Below, piece by piece: positions 27,864 to 36,726 of a stretch of 42,241 nucleotides of DNA. The DNA comes from a virus (taxonomy: Duplodnaviria; Caudoviricetes): positions 1-42,241 of the IMG/VR virus record IMGVR_UViG_3300032250_000064, one strand, 5' to 3'. The translations under genes were made by a program, and so were the position numbers. The number at the start of each line of letters is the position of its first letter. Position 1 is the first letter of the stretch. The notes under the pieces were generated by a model that saw nothing but the letters and a program-made list of their open reading frames with translations, did not search any database and had not been told where the DNA came from.

Positions 27864-30122
27864 ATGACCTACAAAGACTTCCTAGCCTCCAAGTCCACCG
27901 CCTGCCCGGCTGCTGGCTTTGATCCGCACCAATTCACCGCGCCACTGTTCCCGTTTCAGCGGGACATCGTGACCATGGCCTGCCGCGTTGGCAGGTTCTG
28001 CATCTGGGCCGACTGCGGCATGGGCAAGACAGCCATGCAGCTTGAGTGGGCGCATCAGGTGCATCGGCACACTGGCGGCAACGTGCTGGTGCTGGCACCA
28101 CTAGCCGTGGCCCATCAGACCGTGCGCGAGGGCAGCAAGTTCGGCATTTCATGCGCATTCGCTGCAACCCAGGCCGAGGTCAAGCCCGGCATCACAATCA
28201 CCAACTACGAGAAGCTCAGCCATTTCGACCCGACCGCCTTCGATGGCGTGGTGCTCGACGAGAGCAGCATCCTCAAGGCGTACACCGGCAAGATCCGCAA
28301 CCAGATCATCGAGTCGTTCGCGCAGACGCCATTCCGGCTGGCCTGCTCGGCCACACCGGCGCCCAACGATCACATGGAGCTGGGCAATCATGCCGAGTTC
28401 ATCGGTGTGATGACCAGGACCGAGATGCTGGCTGTGTTCTTCGTTCATGACGGCGGCGACACCAGTAAGTGGCGACTCAAGGGTCACGCGCAGTCCAAGT
28501 TCTGGGAATGGGTCTGCAGTTGGGCGGTCACAATCCGCAAGCCGTCAGACCTTGGCTACGACGACGGCAACTTCATCCTGCCCGAGCTATCCATTCAAGA
28601 CTGCACCGTCGAAACACCACGCGAGGCGATGGCGGATGACGCTGGCCAGATGGCGCTGTTCGCCATGGAAGCCCGCACTCTGAGCGATCAACGGCACGTC
28701 CGCAAGGCATCGCTGCAGATGCGCGTTGATGCAGCCGCAGCGCTGGCCAACAACAGCACCGAGCAATGGCTGATCTGGTGTGATCTCAATGATGAGTCCA
28801 AAGCGCTCACCGCTGCGATCAATGGCGCGGTTGAGGTGTCAGGCAGCGACAGCGATGATCACAAGCGCCGTGCTGCGATCGACTTTCAAGATGGCAAGAT
28901 TCGCGTACTTGTCAGCAAGCCCAGCATCTTCGGCTTCGGTCTCAACTTCCAGGGCTGCCACAACGTCGCATTTGTTGGCCTGTCCCACAGCTACGAGGCG
29001 TTCTATCAAGCCATCCGCCGGTGCTGGCGATTTGGGCAGCAGCACCCGGTCAACGCGCACATTATCTACGACGTGGCCGAAGGCCGCGTGATCGAAAACA
29101 TCCGCCGCAAGGAAGCGGACAGCATCGCAATGGCTGAGTCAATGGTCACCATCATGAAGCAAACCACCATGGAACAACTCAAAAAGATCCAGCGTCAGGT
29201 TGCGCCGCACATCACTGAGCACAAGACCGGCGACAACTGGGACCTGTACATGGGCGATTGCGTTGAGAGCATCAAGCAACTCGACTCAGACAGCATCCAC
29301 TACAGCATCTTCAGCCCGCCGTTCGCGTCGCTGTACACCTATTCCAACAGCGATCGGGACATGGGCAACAGCCGCAACGACCAGGAGTTCTTTGATCACT
29401 TCGTCTACCTGGCCAAAGAGCTGCATCGCGTGCTCATGCCCGGCCGGCTGATCAGCTTTCACTGCATGAACCTGCCCAGCAGCAAAGAGCGCGACGGCTT
29501 TATTGGCGTGAAGGACTTTCGCGGCGACATGCTGCGCATCTTCCAAGCGGCTGGGTTTGTGTTCCACTCAGAGGTCTGCATCTGGAAGGATCCTGTCACC
29601 GCAATGCAGCGCACCAAGGCAATTGGCTTGCTGCACAAGCAGATCCGCAAGGACTCTGCCCTGAGCCGTCAAGGCATCCCTGACTATTTGGTCACGGTGC
29701 GCAAGCTGGGCGACAACCCTGAACCATGCGCTGGTCCGTTCACTGAGTTTGCTGGCGAGACCCCACCAGCCAAGACTGGCGACGTCATCAAAGACAGCAT
29801 CAACATCTGGCAGCGCTACGCCAGCCCGGTGTGGATGGATATCAACCCATCAGACACACTGCAATACCGCAGCGCCCGTGCCAATGAGGACGAGCGGCAC
29901 ATCTGCCCGCTGCAACTTGAGGTGATCCGTCGGGGGATGCAGCTATGGAGCAATCCAGGCGATCTGGTGCTCAGCCCGTTCGCCGGCATCGGCAGCGAGG
30001 GCTACGTCAGCCTGCAAATGGGCCGCCGGTTCGTTGGTTTTGAGCTGAAGCCCAGCTACTTCAACTGCGCAGTTAAAAACCTGCAGTCAGTTGAGTCGCA
30101 CAAGCAGGGAGAGCTGGTGTGA
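27864..30122 (+). CDS. SNF2-like helicase fused to beta-class N4/N6 DNA methyltransferase
   Basis: ADCGMGKT, LDESS, SATPAPND, GLNFQ, QAIRRCWRFGQ; then GDC..., FSPPF (motif IV), HICPLQ, SPFAGIGS (motif I). Confidence 0.9.
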   Translation: MTYKDFLASKSTACPAAGFDPHQFTAPLFPFQRDIVTMACRVGRFCIWADCGMGKTAMQLEWAHQVHRHTGGNVLVLAPLAVAHQTVREGSKFGISCAFAATQAEVKPGITITNYEKLSHFDPTAFDGVVLDESSILKAYTGKIRNQIIESFAQTPFRLACSATPAPNDHMELGNHAEFIGVMTRTEMLAVFFVHDGGDTSKWRLKGHAQSKFWEWVCSWAVTIRKPSDLGYDDGNFILPELSIQDCTVETPREAMADDAGQMALFAMEARTLSDQRHVRKASLQMRVDAAAALANNSTEQWLIWCDLNDESKALTAAINGAVEVSGSDSDDHKRRAAIDFQDGKIRVLVSKPSIFGFGLNFQGCHNVAFVGLSHSYEAFYQAIRRCWRFGQQHPVNAHIIYDVAEGRVIENIRRKEADSIAMAESMVTIMKQTTMEQLKKIQRQVAPHITEHKTGDNWDLYMGDCVESIKQLDSDSIHYSIFSPPFASLYTYSNSDRDMGNSRNDQEFFDHFVYLAKELHRVLMPGRLISFHCMNLPSSKERDGFIGVKDFRGDMLRIFQAAGFVFHSEVCIWKDPVTAMQRTKAIGLLHKQIRKDSALSRQGIPDYLVTVRKLGDNPEPCAGPFTEFAGETPPAKTGDVIKDSINIWQRYASPVWMDINPSDTLQYRSARANEDERHICPLQLEVIRRGMQLWSNPGDLVLSPFAGIGSEGYVSLQMGRRFVGFELKPSYFNCAVKNLQSVESHKQGELV

Positions 30123-31474
30123 ACCTTCGCCCCTACCAACAGCAACTCATCACTGACATCCGCCTGCAGTACCAGCTCGGCAAGCGCACGGTGCTGGCAG
30201 TCCTGCCGACCGGCGGCGGCAAGACGGTGTGCTTTAGCTACATCGCCCAAGCTGCCGCCAAAAAGGGCAACCGCGTCTGCATCCTGGTGCATCGCGCTGA
30301 GCTGCTCGACCAAGCCAGCCGCAACCTCACGGCTATGGGCGTCAGTCATGGCCGCATCCAAGCCAACCGCAGCATGGACCTTAGCCATGCGGTGCAGGTT
30401 GCCAGCGTGCAGACGCTTGCCCGCAGGCTGCATAAGCTGCCGGCTGGATTCTTTCAGCTCTTGGTGGTGGATGAGGCGCACCACACCAATGCAGGCCAAT
30501 GGGCAACGGTGCTGCAGCATTTCCAGCAGGCGCATGTCCTGGGCGTGACTGCGACGCCATGCCGAGGCGACGGCCGCGGCCTTGGTGACCACTATCAGAC
30601 CATGGTGCAAGGCCCATCAGCCGCATGGCTGACCGACAACGGCTACCTCGCCAGCGCCCGTGTCCTGGCGCCGCCGGGATTCAATGCCACCGGCCTGCGC
30701 AAGCGGATGGGTGACTTTGACGCTAAGGAGGCCGAGCAGCGTGTTGGCACCATTATGGGTGACTGCTGCAGTCACTACCGCAAGCATCTAGCAGGCCAGA
30801 CCGCGATCGCGTTCTGCTGCAGCGTGGCGCATGCCGAGGCGGTGGCTGCCCTGTTCATGTCGCAAGGCATCCCTGCCGCCAGCATTGATGGCACCATGAC
30901 CACTGACCAGCGCAGCGACCTGTTAATAGCACTCGGAACAGGTCGGATCAAGGTACTTACATCGTGCTCACTTATTGGTGAAGGCGTAGACGTGCCAAGC
31001 GTCGGGGGATGCATTCTGCTCAGGCCAACGCAGTCAGTCGGCCTGCACCTGCAGATGATCGGCCGCTGCCTGAGACCTAGCCATGGCAAAACCGCTGTAG
31101 TGCTGGACCACGTCGGCAACACGCTCAGGCTCGGCCATCATCTAGAGGACCGCGACTGGACGCTGGACGGTGCCGCCAAGCGTGACCGCGAGCAGGCGCC
31201 ATCGGTCAAGGTCTGCCCGGTATGCTTTAGCACCTGCATGAGCGCCGCGCAAGTCTGCCAAGACTGCGGCCATGTGTTCGCGCCGCAGGAGACCAGGGAG
31301 CTAAAGGTGGTTGAGGGTGAGCTACAGGAGCTGACCACACGCGAGCGCAAACGCGAGCAGGGCACAGCCCAGTCCCTTGAAGACCTCCGCAAGCTGGCGC
31401 AGCAGCGTGGCTACAAGCGCGGATGGGCAGAGCGCGTTTACCAGGCTAGGTTGGCCAAGCGGCATGGGTTATGA
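30119..31474 (+). CDS. Superfamily II DEAH helicase with C-terminal Zn finger
   Basis: LRPYQ, PTGGGKT, DEAHH, TATP, EGVDVP, QMIGRCLR, CPVC..CQDCG. Confidence 0.92.
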   Translation: MNLRPYQQQLITDIRLQYQLGKRTVLAVLPTGGGKTVCFSYIAQAAAKKGNRVCILVHRAELLDQASRNLTAMGVSHGRIQANRSMDLSHAVQVASVQTLARRLHKLPAGFFQLLVVDEAHHTNAGQWATVLQHFQQAHVLGVTATPCRGDGRGLGDHYQTMVQGPSAAWLTDNGYLASARVLAPPGFNATGLRKRMGDFDAKEAEQRVGTIMGDCCSHYRKHLAGQTAIAFCCSVAHAEAVAALFMSQGIPAASIDGTMTTDQRSDLLIALGTGRIKVLTSCSLIGEGVDVPSVGGCILLRPTQSVGLHLQMIGRCLRPSHGKTAVVLDHVGNTLRLGHHLEDRDWTLDGAAKRDREQAPSVKVCPVCFSTCMSAAQVCQDCGHVFAPQETRELKVVEGELQELTTRERKREQGTAQSLEDLRKLAQQRGYKRGWAERVYQARLAKRHGL

Positions 31475-31822
31475 GTGAGCGAGCAGCGCATTCAGCAGGA
31501 GATCCGGCTGGCCATCAGCCACGGCGATACCAAGGTCTTCCGCAATAACACCGGCACGCTTAAGGACGCCAACGGCCGCCCGGTGCAGTTCGGCCTGTGC
31601 AAGGGCAGCGCTGACCTGATCGGCTGGCGTACGGTCACCGTGACGCCTGACATGGTCGGCCAGCGCATTGCCGTGTTTACCAGCATCGAGGTCAAGACCC
31701 CAACCGGCCGGCTGCGTCCCGAGCAGCAGCAATGGCTGGATGCGGTGCAGGCTGCCGGCGGCATTGCAGGCGTGGCACGCAGCGTTGAGGATGCGTTACG
31801 CATTGTGACTGAGCACGCTTGA
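31475..31822 (+). CDS. VRR-NUC domain nuclease
   Basis: SEQRIQ..., GSADLIG, IEVKTPTGRLRPEQ, GGIAGVARSVEDA. Confidence 0.88.
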   Translation: MSEQRIQQEIRLAISHGDTKVFRNNTGTLKDANGRPVQFGLCKGSADLIGWRTVTVTPDMVGQRIAVFTSIEVKTPTGRLRPEQQQWLDAVQAAGGIAGVARSVEDALRIVTEHA

Positions 31823-31846
31823 CCACGGCAGACCATGGTGTAGGAT
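31819..31846 (+). promoter_or_regulatory. Sigma70-like promoter
   Basis: TTGACC-16 bp-TAGGAT; shares TTGACCACGGC with the promoter at 21898. Confidence 0.55.
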
Positions 31847-31872
31847 ATGGGGGTCCCAAACGGATTCCACCC

Positions 31873-32100
31873 ATGACCTTCACCCTCGAGCGCGCCGAAA
31901 CCCAACATCAGCCCGCCGCCCGATGCACATTCCAGCAGCGCGTTTCAGAATCTGGCAAAAAGTGGGTTGACGTCACCATGCTGCATCTCACATCCACAGG
32001 ATGGGGCGGGACCATGGGGCGTGGCGATGGCTCCTACAGCGTCCAGCAAGCTAGGGAGTTTTACATGAATCTCCTTGACCGCGGATTCACCGCTGCCTAA
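31873..32100 (+). CDS. Hypothetical protein, 75 aa
   Basis: ATG after C-rich leader downstream of the promoter; MTFTLERAE...SVQQAREFYMNLLDRGF. Confidence 0.6.
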   Translation: MTFTLERAETQHQPAARCTFQQRVSESGKKWVDVTMLHLTSTGWGGTMGRGDGSYSVQQAREFYMNLLDRGFTAA

Positions 32101-32105
32101 CCCAA

Positions 32106-32136
32106 GCGGCCAACCGGGAGCCGCACCCAATCCCGG
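32106..32136 (+). ncRNA. Predicted H-type pseudoknot (cis element)
   Basis: S1 GCGGC/GCCGC, S2 CCGGGA/UCCCGG, loops of 3, 0 and 6 nt; intergenic. Confidence 0.55.
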
Positions 32137-32160
32137 CATCATTCCACCCGCGTTAACACC

Positions 32161-32340
32161 ATGACAACCACACTGACCCTGATCCTTGCCCTGTTGCTGC
32201 TGCCGTTGCTGGTGCTGCTGTGGGCAACGGAGTCAACCGAGCAACGCGCCAAGCGGCTGCGTGGTTATGGCTGGTCGCAGCGCCGCATTGCAGAGCACAT
32301 GCACATCAGCCGCTACCGCGTCCGCCTAGCACTGGCCTAA
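32161..32340 (+). CDS. Membrane-anchored HTH microprotein, 59 aa (not in ORF track)
   Basis: MTTTLTLILALLLLPLLVLLWATESTEQRAKRLRGYGWSQRRIAEHMHISRYRVRLALA*. Confidence 0.7.
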   Translation: MTTTLTLILALLLLPLLVLLWATESTEQRAKRLRGYGWSQRRIAEHMHISRYRVRLALA

Positions 32341-32342
32341 TC

Positions 32343-32531
32343 ATGACATCAGACGACTACTGGACATTCCAGACCGCTAAGCAGCACGGCGGCGGGTTTA
32401 TCTCCCGCCTTGCCGATGCAGGCTTAGTGGCTGACCCCAACAACCAGCAGACGCTGCTGCGGGCATTTCCGCAGCTGCTGCACTGCTTTGGACCCCAGAC
32501 CCTGATCCACAAACAACTGAGGCAGAAATGA
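32343..32531 (+). CDS. Hypothetical protein, 62 aa
   Basis: MTSDDYWTFQTAKQHGGGFISRLADAGLVADPNNQQTLLRAFP; ATGA-coupled downstream. Confidence 0.65.
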   Translation: MTSDDYWTFQTAKQHGGGFISRLADAGLVADPNNQQTLLRAFPQLLHCFGPQTLIHKQLRQK

Positions 32532-33313
32532 TCAGCAACGAGCAGTACCACGCCGACCCAGCCGTCAGCGCCAGTCACCTGAAGGCGGTAATGCAATCGC
32601 CTTACCACTACTGGAGCTGGTACGTCGACCCCAACCGCAAACCGGTTGAACCGACCGCTGCAATGAAGCTCGGCAGCCTGGCCCATTGCGCCATTCTCGA
32701 GCCAGAGGAGCTGCTGCAACGCTACGGCATCTGCGCACCACGCAATACCAAAGCCGGCAAGGAGCAGGCCGCGGCCATGGAAGCCGAAGGCATCGAGGTA
32801 GTCACTAGCTCAGACATGGCGCTTGCCATGGGCATGAGCGCTGCAGTGCAGGCGCATCCTGCAGCGTATGCATTGCTTAAAGACGGCAAAGCTGAGCAGT
32901 CGTCTTGGTGGGACGACACGGCCACCGGCATGCGGTGCAAGTGCCGGCCGGATTGGCTTAATGGCAGCACTGTGGTGGACATCAAGACCACCACTGACGC
33001 CAGTCCGCAGGCGTTCGCCCGCAGCGTGGCAACCTTCGGTTACCACATCCAAGCGGCGCATTACCTGGCTGGCTTGCATGGCGCTGACCGGTTCGTGTTC
33101 GTCGCAGTCGAGAAGACTTACCCGCACGCTGTTGCGGTGTATGAGCTTGACAGCCAAGCCCTTGCATTAGGGCGGACCATGCGCGACAATGGCTTGGACG
33201 TGATCGCCGGATGCCATGCCGCCAACGTGTGGCCCGGTTACGGCGACACGATCATCCAGACCATCAACCTGCCTAAGTGGGCGACAAATCCCATCCAAAC
33301 TGAGACCTTCTAA
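32528..33313 (+). CDS. RecE / exonuclease VIII-like PD-(D/E)XK nuclease
   Basis: [42 protein letters not shown]. Confidence 0.9.
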   Translation: MISNEQYHADPAVSASHLKAVMQSPYHYWSWYVDPNRKPVEPTAAMKLGSLAHCAILEPEELLQRYGICAPRNTKAGKEQAAAMEAEGIEVVTSSDMALAMGMSAAVQAHPAAYALLKDGKAEQSSWWDDTATGMRCKCRPDWLNGSTVVDIKTTTDASPQAFARSVATFGYHIQAAHYLAGLHGADRFVFVAVEKTYPHAVAVYELDSQALALGRTMRDNGLDVIAGCHAANVWPGYGDTIIQTINLPKWATNPIQTETF

Positions 33314-34065
33314 TGTCAACAGCAATCACCACCTGGACCCCCGACCAGGTCCAACTGATCAGCAGCACCATTGCGCCAGGCTGCACCAATGACGAACTGC
33401 GACTATTTGCGTATGCCTGCCAGCGCACTGGGTTAGATCCGTTCAGCAAGCAGATCTACGCCATCAAACGTGGCGGCAAGATGACCATCCAAGCCGGCAT
33501 TGATGGCCTCCGTGCCATTGCCGAGCGCACCGGGCAACTGGACGGCAGCCATACCGAATGGTGTGGCGAAGAGGGCGGCTGGGCTGACGTGTGGCTTGGC
33601 AGCAAGCCGCCTGCTGCCGCCAAAACCACCATCTGGCGCAAAGGCAGCCAGCACCCCTTCGTTGGTGTTGCCCGCTTTGCGGACTACAACGCCGGCCAAG
33701 GGCTGTGGTCCAAAATGCCCGCCGCGATGATCGCCAAGTGCTCCGAGGCACTGGCGCTGCGTAAGGCTTTCCCTGCTGACATGTCCGGCGTCTACACCAC
33801 CGACGAGATGGACCAGGCCACCGAGCCTGTAACTGTCACCACTGAGGCCGCGCCGGCACTGCCTGCTGTCAAGGCTAAGGACACCAGCAAGACCTTTACC
33901 GCTGGTGCTGCCGCTATCGCCAAAGCCAAGAGCCTGCAGGACCTTGAGGACCTACAACCGCGCATGGCAAAGCGGCTAGAAGATGGCGACCTGACGCAAG
34001 AGCAGCACGACAAGCTGCTGCAGCAGATGCTTGAGAAGGAGGCTGACCTTGTATCTGACGACTGA
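33313..34065 (+). CDS. bet: Bet/RecT-family ssDNA annealing protein
   Basis: [54 protein letters not shown]. Confidence 0.9.
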   Translation: MSTAITTWTPDQVQLISSTIAPGCTNDELRLFAYACQRTGLDPFSKQIYAIKRGGKMTIQAGIDGLRAIAERTGQLDGSHTEWCGEEGGWADVWLGSKPPAAAKTTIWRKGSQHPFVGVARFADYNAGQGLWSKMPAAMIAKCSEALALRKAFPADMSGVYTTDEMDQATEPVTVTTEAAPALPAVKAKDTSKTFTAGAAAIAKAKSLQDLEDLQPRMAKRLEDGDLTQEQHDKLLQQMLEKEADLVSDD

Positions 34066-34252
34066 GCAGCTAGCAGCACGCTGGGGCTTGAAGCCAAGCA
34101 CCATCAAATCCCAGCGGCTACGCAACCAGGGACCCTCCTATTACACGGTCCCACGGTTTGGCTTGCCACTTGGTGAGTCGCGGGTCAGGTATCCGATAGC
34201 GGATGTACTGGCCTTTGAAGAATCCAACTCCATTACCCCCATTAACCCATGA
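34049..34252 (+). CDS. Excisionase/AlpA-like winged-HTH protein
   Basis: TTG start after AAGGAGG; [18 protein letters not shown]...GPSY...VRYPIADV. Confidence 0.75.
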   Translation: MYLTTEQLAARWGLKPSTIKSQRLRNQGPSYYTVPRFGLPLGESRVRYPIADVLAFEESNSITPINP

Positions 34253-34590
34253 GCCTTTATGCTTCCGGCGTCGTTCGTATTATTAGCGAACCGCAGATTA
34301 AGTTTTTTGATTCTGGCACTTGTGTTTGTAACTTCGGTGGTGGCATCAGCGAAGGCAAAGACAAAGATGGCAATTACATCAACAATGCCATTGATGTAGA
34401 GGTCTGGGGCAAAGGCGGCGAGATGATTGCCGACAACTGCAAAAAAGGCGACAGCATCATGGTTACAGGTGCCATCCGCCGCCAAGACTGGACTGATAAG
34501 GAGTCAGGCACCAAGCGCAGCAAACATGTGCTAAATGTGCAACGGTTTGAATATCTGCCACGCACCAAGACTGAGGAGGCTGCATTCTGA
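34249..34590 (+). CDS. ssb: Single-stranded DNA-binding protein
   Basis: FFDSGTCVCNF, DVEVWGK..E, KGDSIMVTG, WTDKESGTKRSK; short tail ending EEAAF. Confidence 0.9.
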   Translation: MSLYASGVVRIISEPQIKFFDSGTCVCNFGGGISEGKDKDGNYINNAIDVEVWGKGGEMIADNCKKGDSIMVTGAIRRQDWTDKESGTKRSKHVLNVQRFEYLPRTKTEEAAF

Positions 34591-34733
34591 TGAATAAAGA
34601 CGCCATTAAAGCAGCATTTGATGCGTGGTGGCGTGACAGTTACAGGGTGCCTCCGGGCACCCATGCTGTCATGACCCACGTTGCCTTTGCTGCGCACATC
34701 CTCAGGCTTATGGAGCTAATGCAGGATGACTGA
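34590..34733 (+). CDS. Hypothetical protein, 47 aa (not in ORF track)
   Basis: MNKDAIKAAFDAWWRDSYRVPPGTHAVMTHVAFAAHIL...; coupled at both ends. Confidence 0.65.
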   Translation: MNKDAIKAAFDAWWRDSYRVPPGTHAVMTHVAFAAHILRLMELMQDD

Positions 34734-35304
34734 CTACAAAGCAACGCCCGAGCAGTGGCAGACAGACGCCGCACGTTGGTTGGATGCAATCCTCGAACTC
34801 CGCGCCAGGGTTGAACAGCTTGAGGCTGGGCTAAAAGATGAAGCTTATTGCAACAAAACTTGTACTTTCAACATTGTAGACAGAGTGAAAGCGCTGGAAG
34901 CCAAGTACGAGACCATGCGTTTGGCCACGCTGGAATGGGGCGAAGACGTGGACAAGGTGAAACGCTGGAGCGATCAGCACCTGCAGCGGATTGAAAAGCT
35001 GGAAGGCACTCGACGCCCAGCTTCAAAGGTCTACGAAATCAGCGAGCCACTGCAACTGACCCCAGAGCAAGCGCAGCATGTCGCGGCCCTGCTGGCGCCA
35101 AACTCCAAGCCATCTCCTAATTCCTCCCAAATTGAGAGTTCGTTGGTCCTGCGAATAAATGATGCGGTAAACAGCCAAGTTGATTTTTCGGACGATGCTT
35201 TGGAATGCAGTCGTGTCGCGATCCGCGAAGTGGCGGCTTGGATGCGTGAGAACGAAGTCGGCTACAACGCCGTCCGTTGGATTGAACAGGAGATTGACAA
35301 ATGA
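34726..35304 (+). CDS. Hypothetical coiled-coil protein, 192 aa
   Basis: ILELRARVEQLE-type heptads; overlapping-junction gene array. Confidence 0.65.
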   Translation: MTDYKATPEQWQTDAARWLDAILELRARVEQLEAGLKDEAYCNKTCTFNIVDRVKALEAKYETMRLATLEWGEDVDKVKRWSDQHLQRIEKLEGTRRPASKVYEISEPLQLTPEQAQHVAALLAPNSKPSPNSSQIESSLVLRINDAVNSQVDFSDDALECSRVAIREVAAWMRENEVGYNAVRWIEQEIDK

Positions 35305-35513
35305 CTGACTACAGTTCCAAATTTCAAGAATTTCACGCCACCAGCGCTCAACTGATTCGCGCTGTCATTGAGAACGCTATCAGGGACACCTCGCCATGCC
35401 ATTGGCGTGTCATTGAAGGTCCTGAAGATGGCAGCCAAATGGTTCGCGTTCGTGATCTGATGGCGTGGGCTGACAAGATCGCTTCTCAACTAGAGCAGGA
35501 GGTTGAGCAATGA
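35301..35513 (+). CDS. Hypothetical protein, 70 aa
   Basis: ATGA coupling, AGGAG upstream. Confidence 0.6.
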   Translation: MTDYSSKFQEFHATSAQLIRAVIENAIRDTSPCHWRVIEGPEDGSQMVRVRDLMAWADKIASQLEQEVEQ

Positions 35514-35875
35514 CCCACCCCATCACTCCACCACCAGAGTTGGTGCAGCAGTGGGAAGCTGACTGGCATTGTTCCGGCAATACAAACGGAAACGGATTTA
35601 CTTATTTTGTTGCTACCCAAGCCGCCCAATGGGGCGCCAACCAGCAACTTGAAAAAGATGCTGAGTGGTTGGATGCCAATGCTTTGTTCACCAATCACCT
35701 GACCATCACACCGTCTGGTGATGCCCTGAGGCAGGTTATGCGTCCCAAGCCGCCGAGCTTGAAGGAGCAGGCGCTTGAGCAGTTGGATGGAATTGCAGCC
35801 GTATTCCGAATGTCTCACGGCGGCAACCTCGTATGTGACACCATCCGCCGCGCACTGGAGCAACTCGATGACTGA
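35510..35875 (+). CDS. Hypothetical protein, 121 aa
   Basis: MTHPITPPPELVQQW...RPKPPSLKEQAL; ATGA coupling, AGGAGG upstream. Confidence 0.65.
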   Translation: MTHPITPPPELVQQWEADWHCSGNTNGNGFTYFVATQAAQWGANQQLEKDAEWLDANALFTNHLTITPSGDALRQVMRPKPPSLKEQALEQLDGIAAVFRMSHGGNLVCDTIRRALEQLDD

Positions 35876-36125
35876 CCTCTCCCCCGCCGCGCAGGCGGTT
35901 ATCAACGCAGCAGTTGAAGGAGGTGGAGGATACGGACGTGCTACTCCAGTGCTTCACGCACGTATTGCCGCCGCCCTGCGAGCTGCTGCTGATCAGGTGG
36001 TGCCGACAGAAACGGATCTGCCTCCCATTGCGCCTGACCTTGGGCACTTTCGGCAACACGAGCGACGGCTAACCCGCCAACGTCTGCTTGCCCTTGCCGC
36101 CGAGCTGGAGGGCGCCAATGACTGA
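35868..36125 (+). CDS. Hypothetical protein, 85 aa
   Basis: MTDLSPAAQAV...IAAALRAAADQVVP...LLALAAELEG. Confidence 0.65.
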   Translation: MTDLSPAAQAVINAAVEGGGGYGRATPVLHARIAAALRAAADQVVPTETDLPPIAPDLGHFRQHERRLTRQRLLALAAELEGAND

Positions 36126-36321
36126 CCTCGTCAACCACCCACCGCACTACACACAAGGCGGCATTGAGTGCATCGACGCTATTCAAGCAGCACTGACCCC
36201 GGAGGAGTTCCGGGGTTACTGCAAAGGCAATGTGCTCAAATACGTCTGGCGTGAAAAACACAAACAAGGCACCGAATCATTGCGCAAAGCCAATTGGTAC
36301 ATGCAGTGGCTGATCGGTTAG
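36118..36321 (+). CDS. DUF3310 (T7 gp1.7-like) protein
   Basis: VNHPPHYTQGGIECIDAI...GYCKGNVLKYVWR..K...LRKANWY. Confidence 0.88.
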   Translation: MTDLVNHPPHYTQGGIECIDAIQAALTPEEFRGYCKGNVLKYVWREKHKQGTESLRKANWYMQWLIG

Positions 36322-36542
36322 ATAAAGGCCGCAATCTTACGGTCAACATCCGCATGAGCCGTGAAGAAATCGAAGCTGCTCGCAAACTAGGCGACGGCAA
36401 CATTAGCATGGGCTTCCGTCATGCCATTAGGTATGCCTGCTGGAAAAACATGCGGCCAATCAAGCTCAGTACCATGCTGCGTAGCGCAGCCGTCATGGCA
36501 CAGGATTTAGAAGATGCCCGCAATTCAAATTCAATGCCCTAA
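36306..36542 (+). CDS. Putative ribbon-helix-helix protein
   Basis: TVNIRMSREEIEAARKLGDGNISMGFRHAI pattern; start uncertain. Confidence 0.6.
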   Translation: MADRLDKGRNLTVNIRMSREEIEAARKLGDGNISMGFRHAIRYACWKNMRPIKLSTMLRSAAVMAQDLEDARNSNSMP

Positions 36543-36726
36543 CTGCAGCGGTTGCCGCACTTACGTGGTTGCTACCAATAGCACCGATAAAGGCATCATC
36601 CGCCGTCGTAAATGCACCAGTTGCAATTGCCGTTGGTACACCATTCAGTCACACGAGACAGAAGTTCCATCTTCCGACATTGCCACACCAAACAAAAAAC
36701 CACAATTAAGACATGATCTTATCTGA
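36514..36726 (+). CDS. NrdR-like Zn-ribbon protein lacking ATP cone
   Basis: CPNC...TYVVAT...IIRRRKCTSC..RWYT. Confidence 0.7.
   Translation: MPAIQIQCPNCSGCRTYVVATNSTDKGIIRRRKCTSCNCRWYTIQSHETEVPSSDIATPNKKPQLRHDLI

Noticed and set aside
34049-34252. Excisionase-like gene as evidence of an integrating prophage
   Set aside because: No integrase, att site or host genes visible; such HTH proteins also occur without integration
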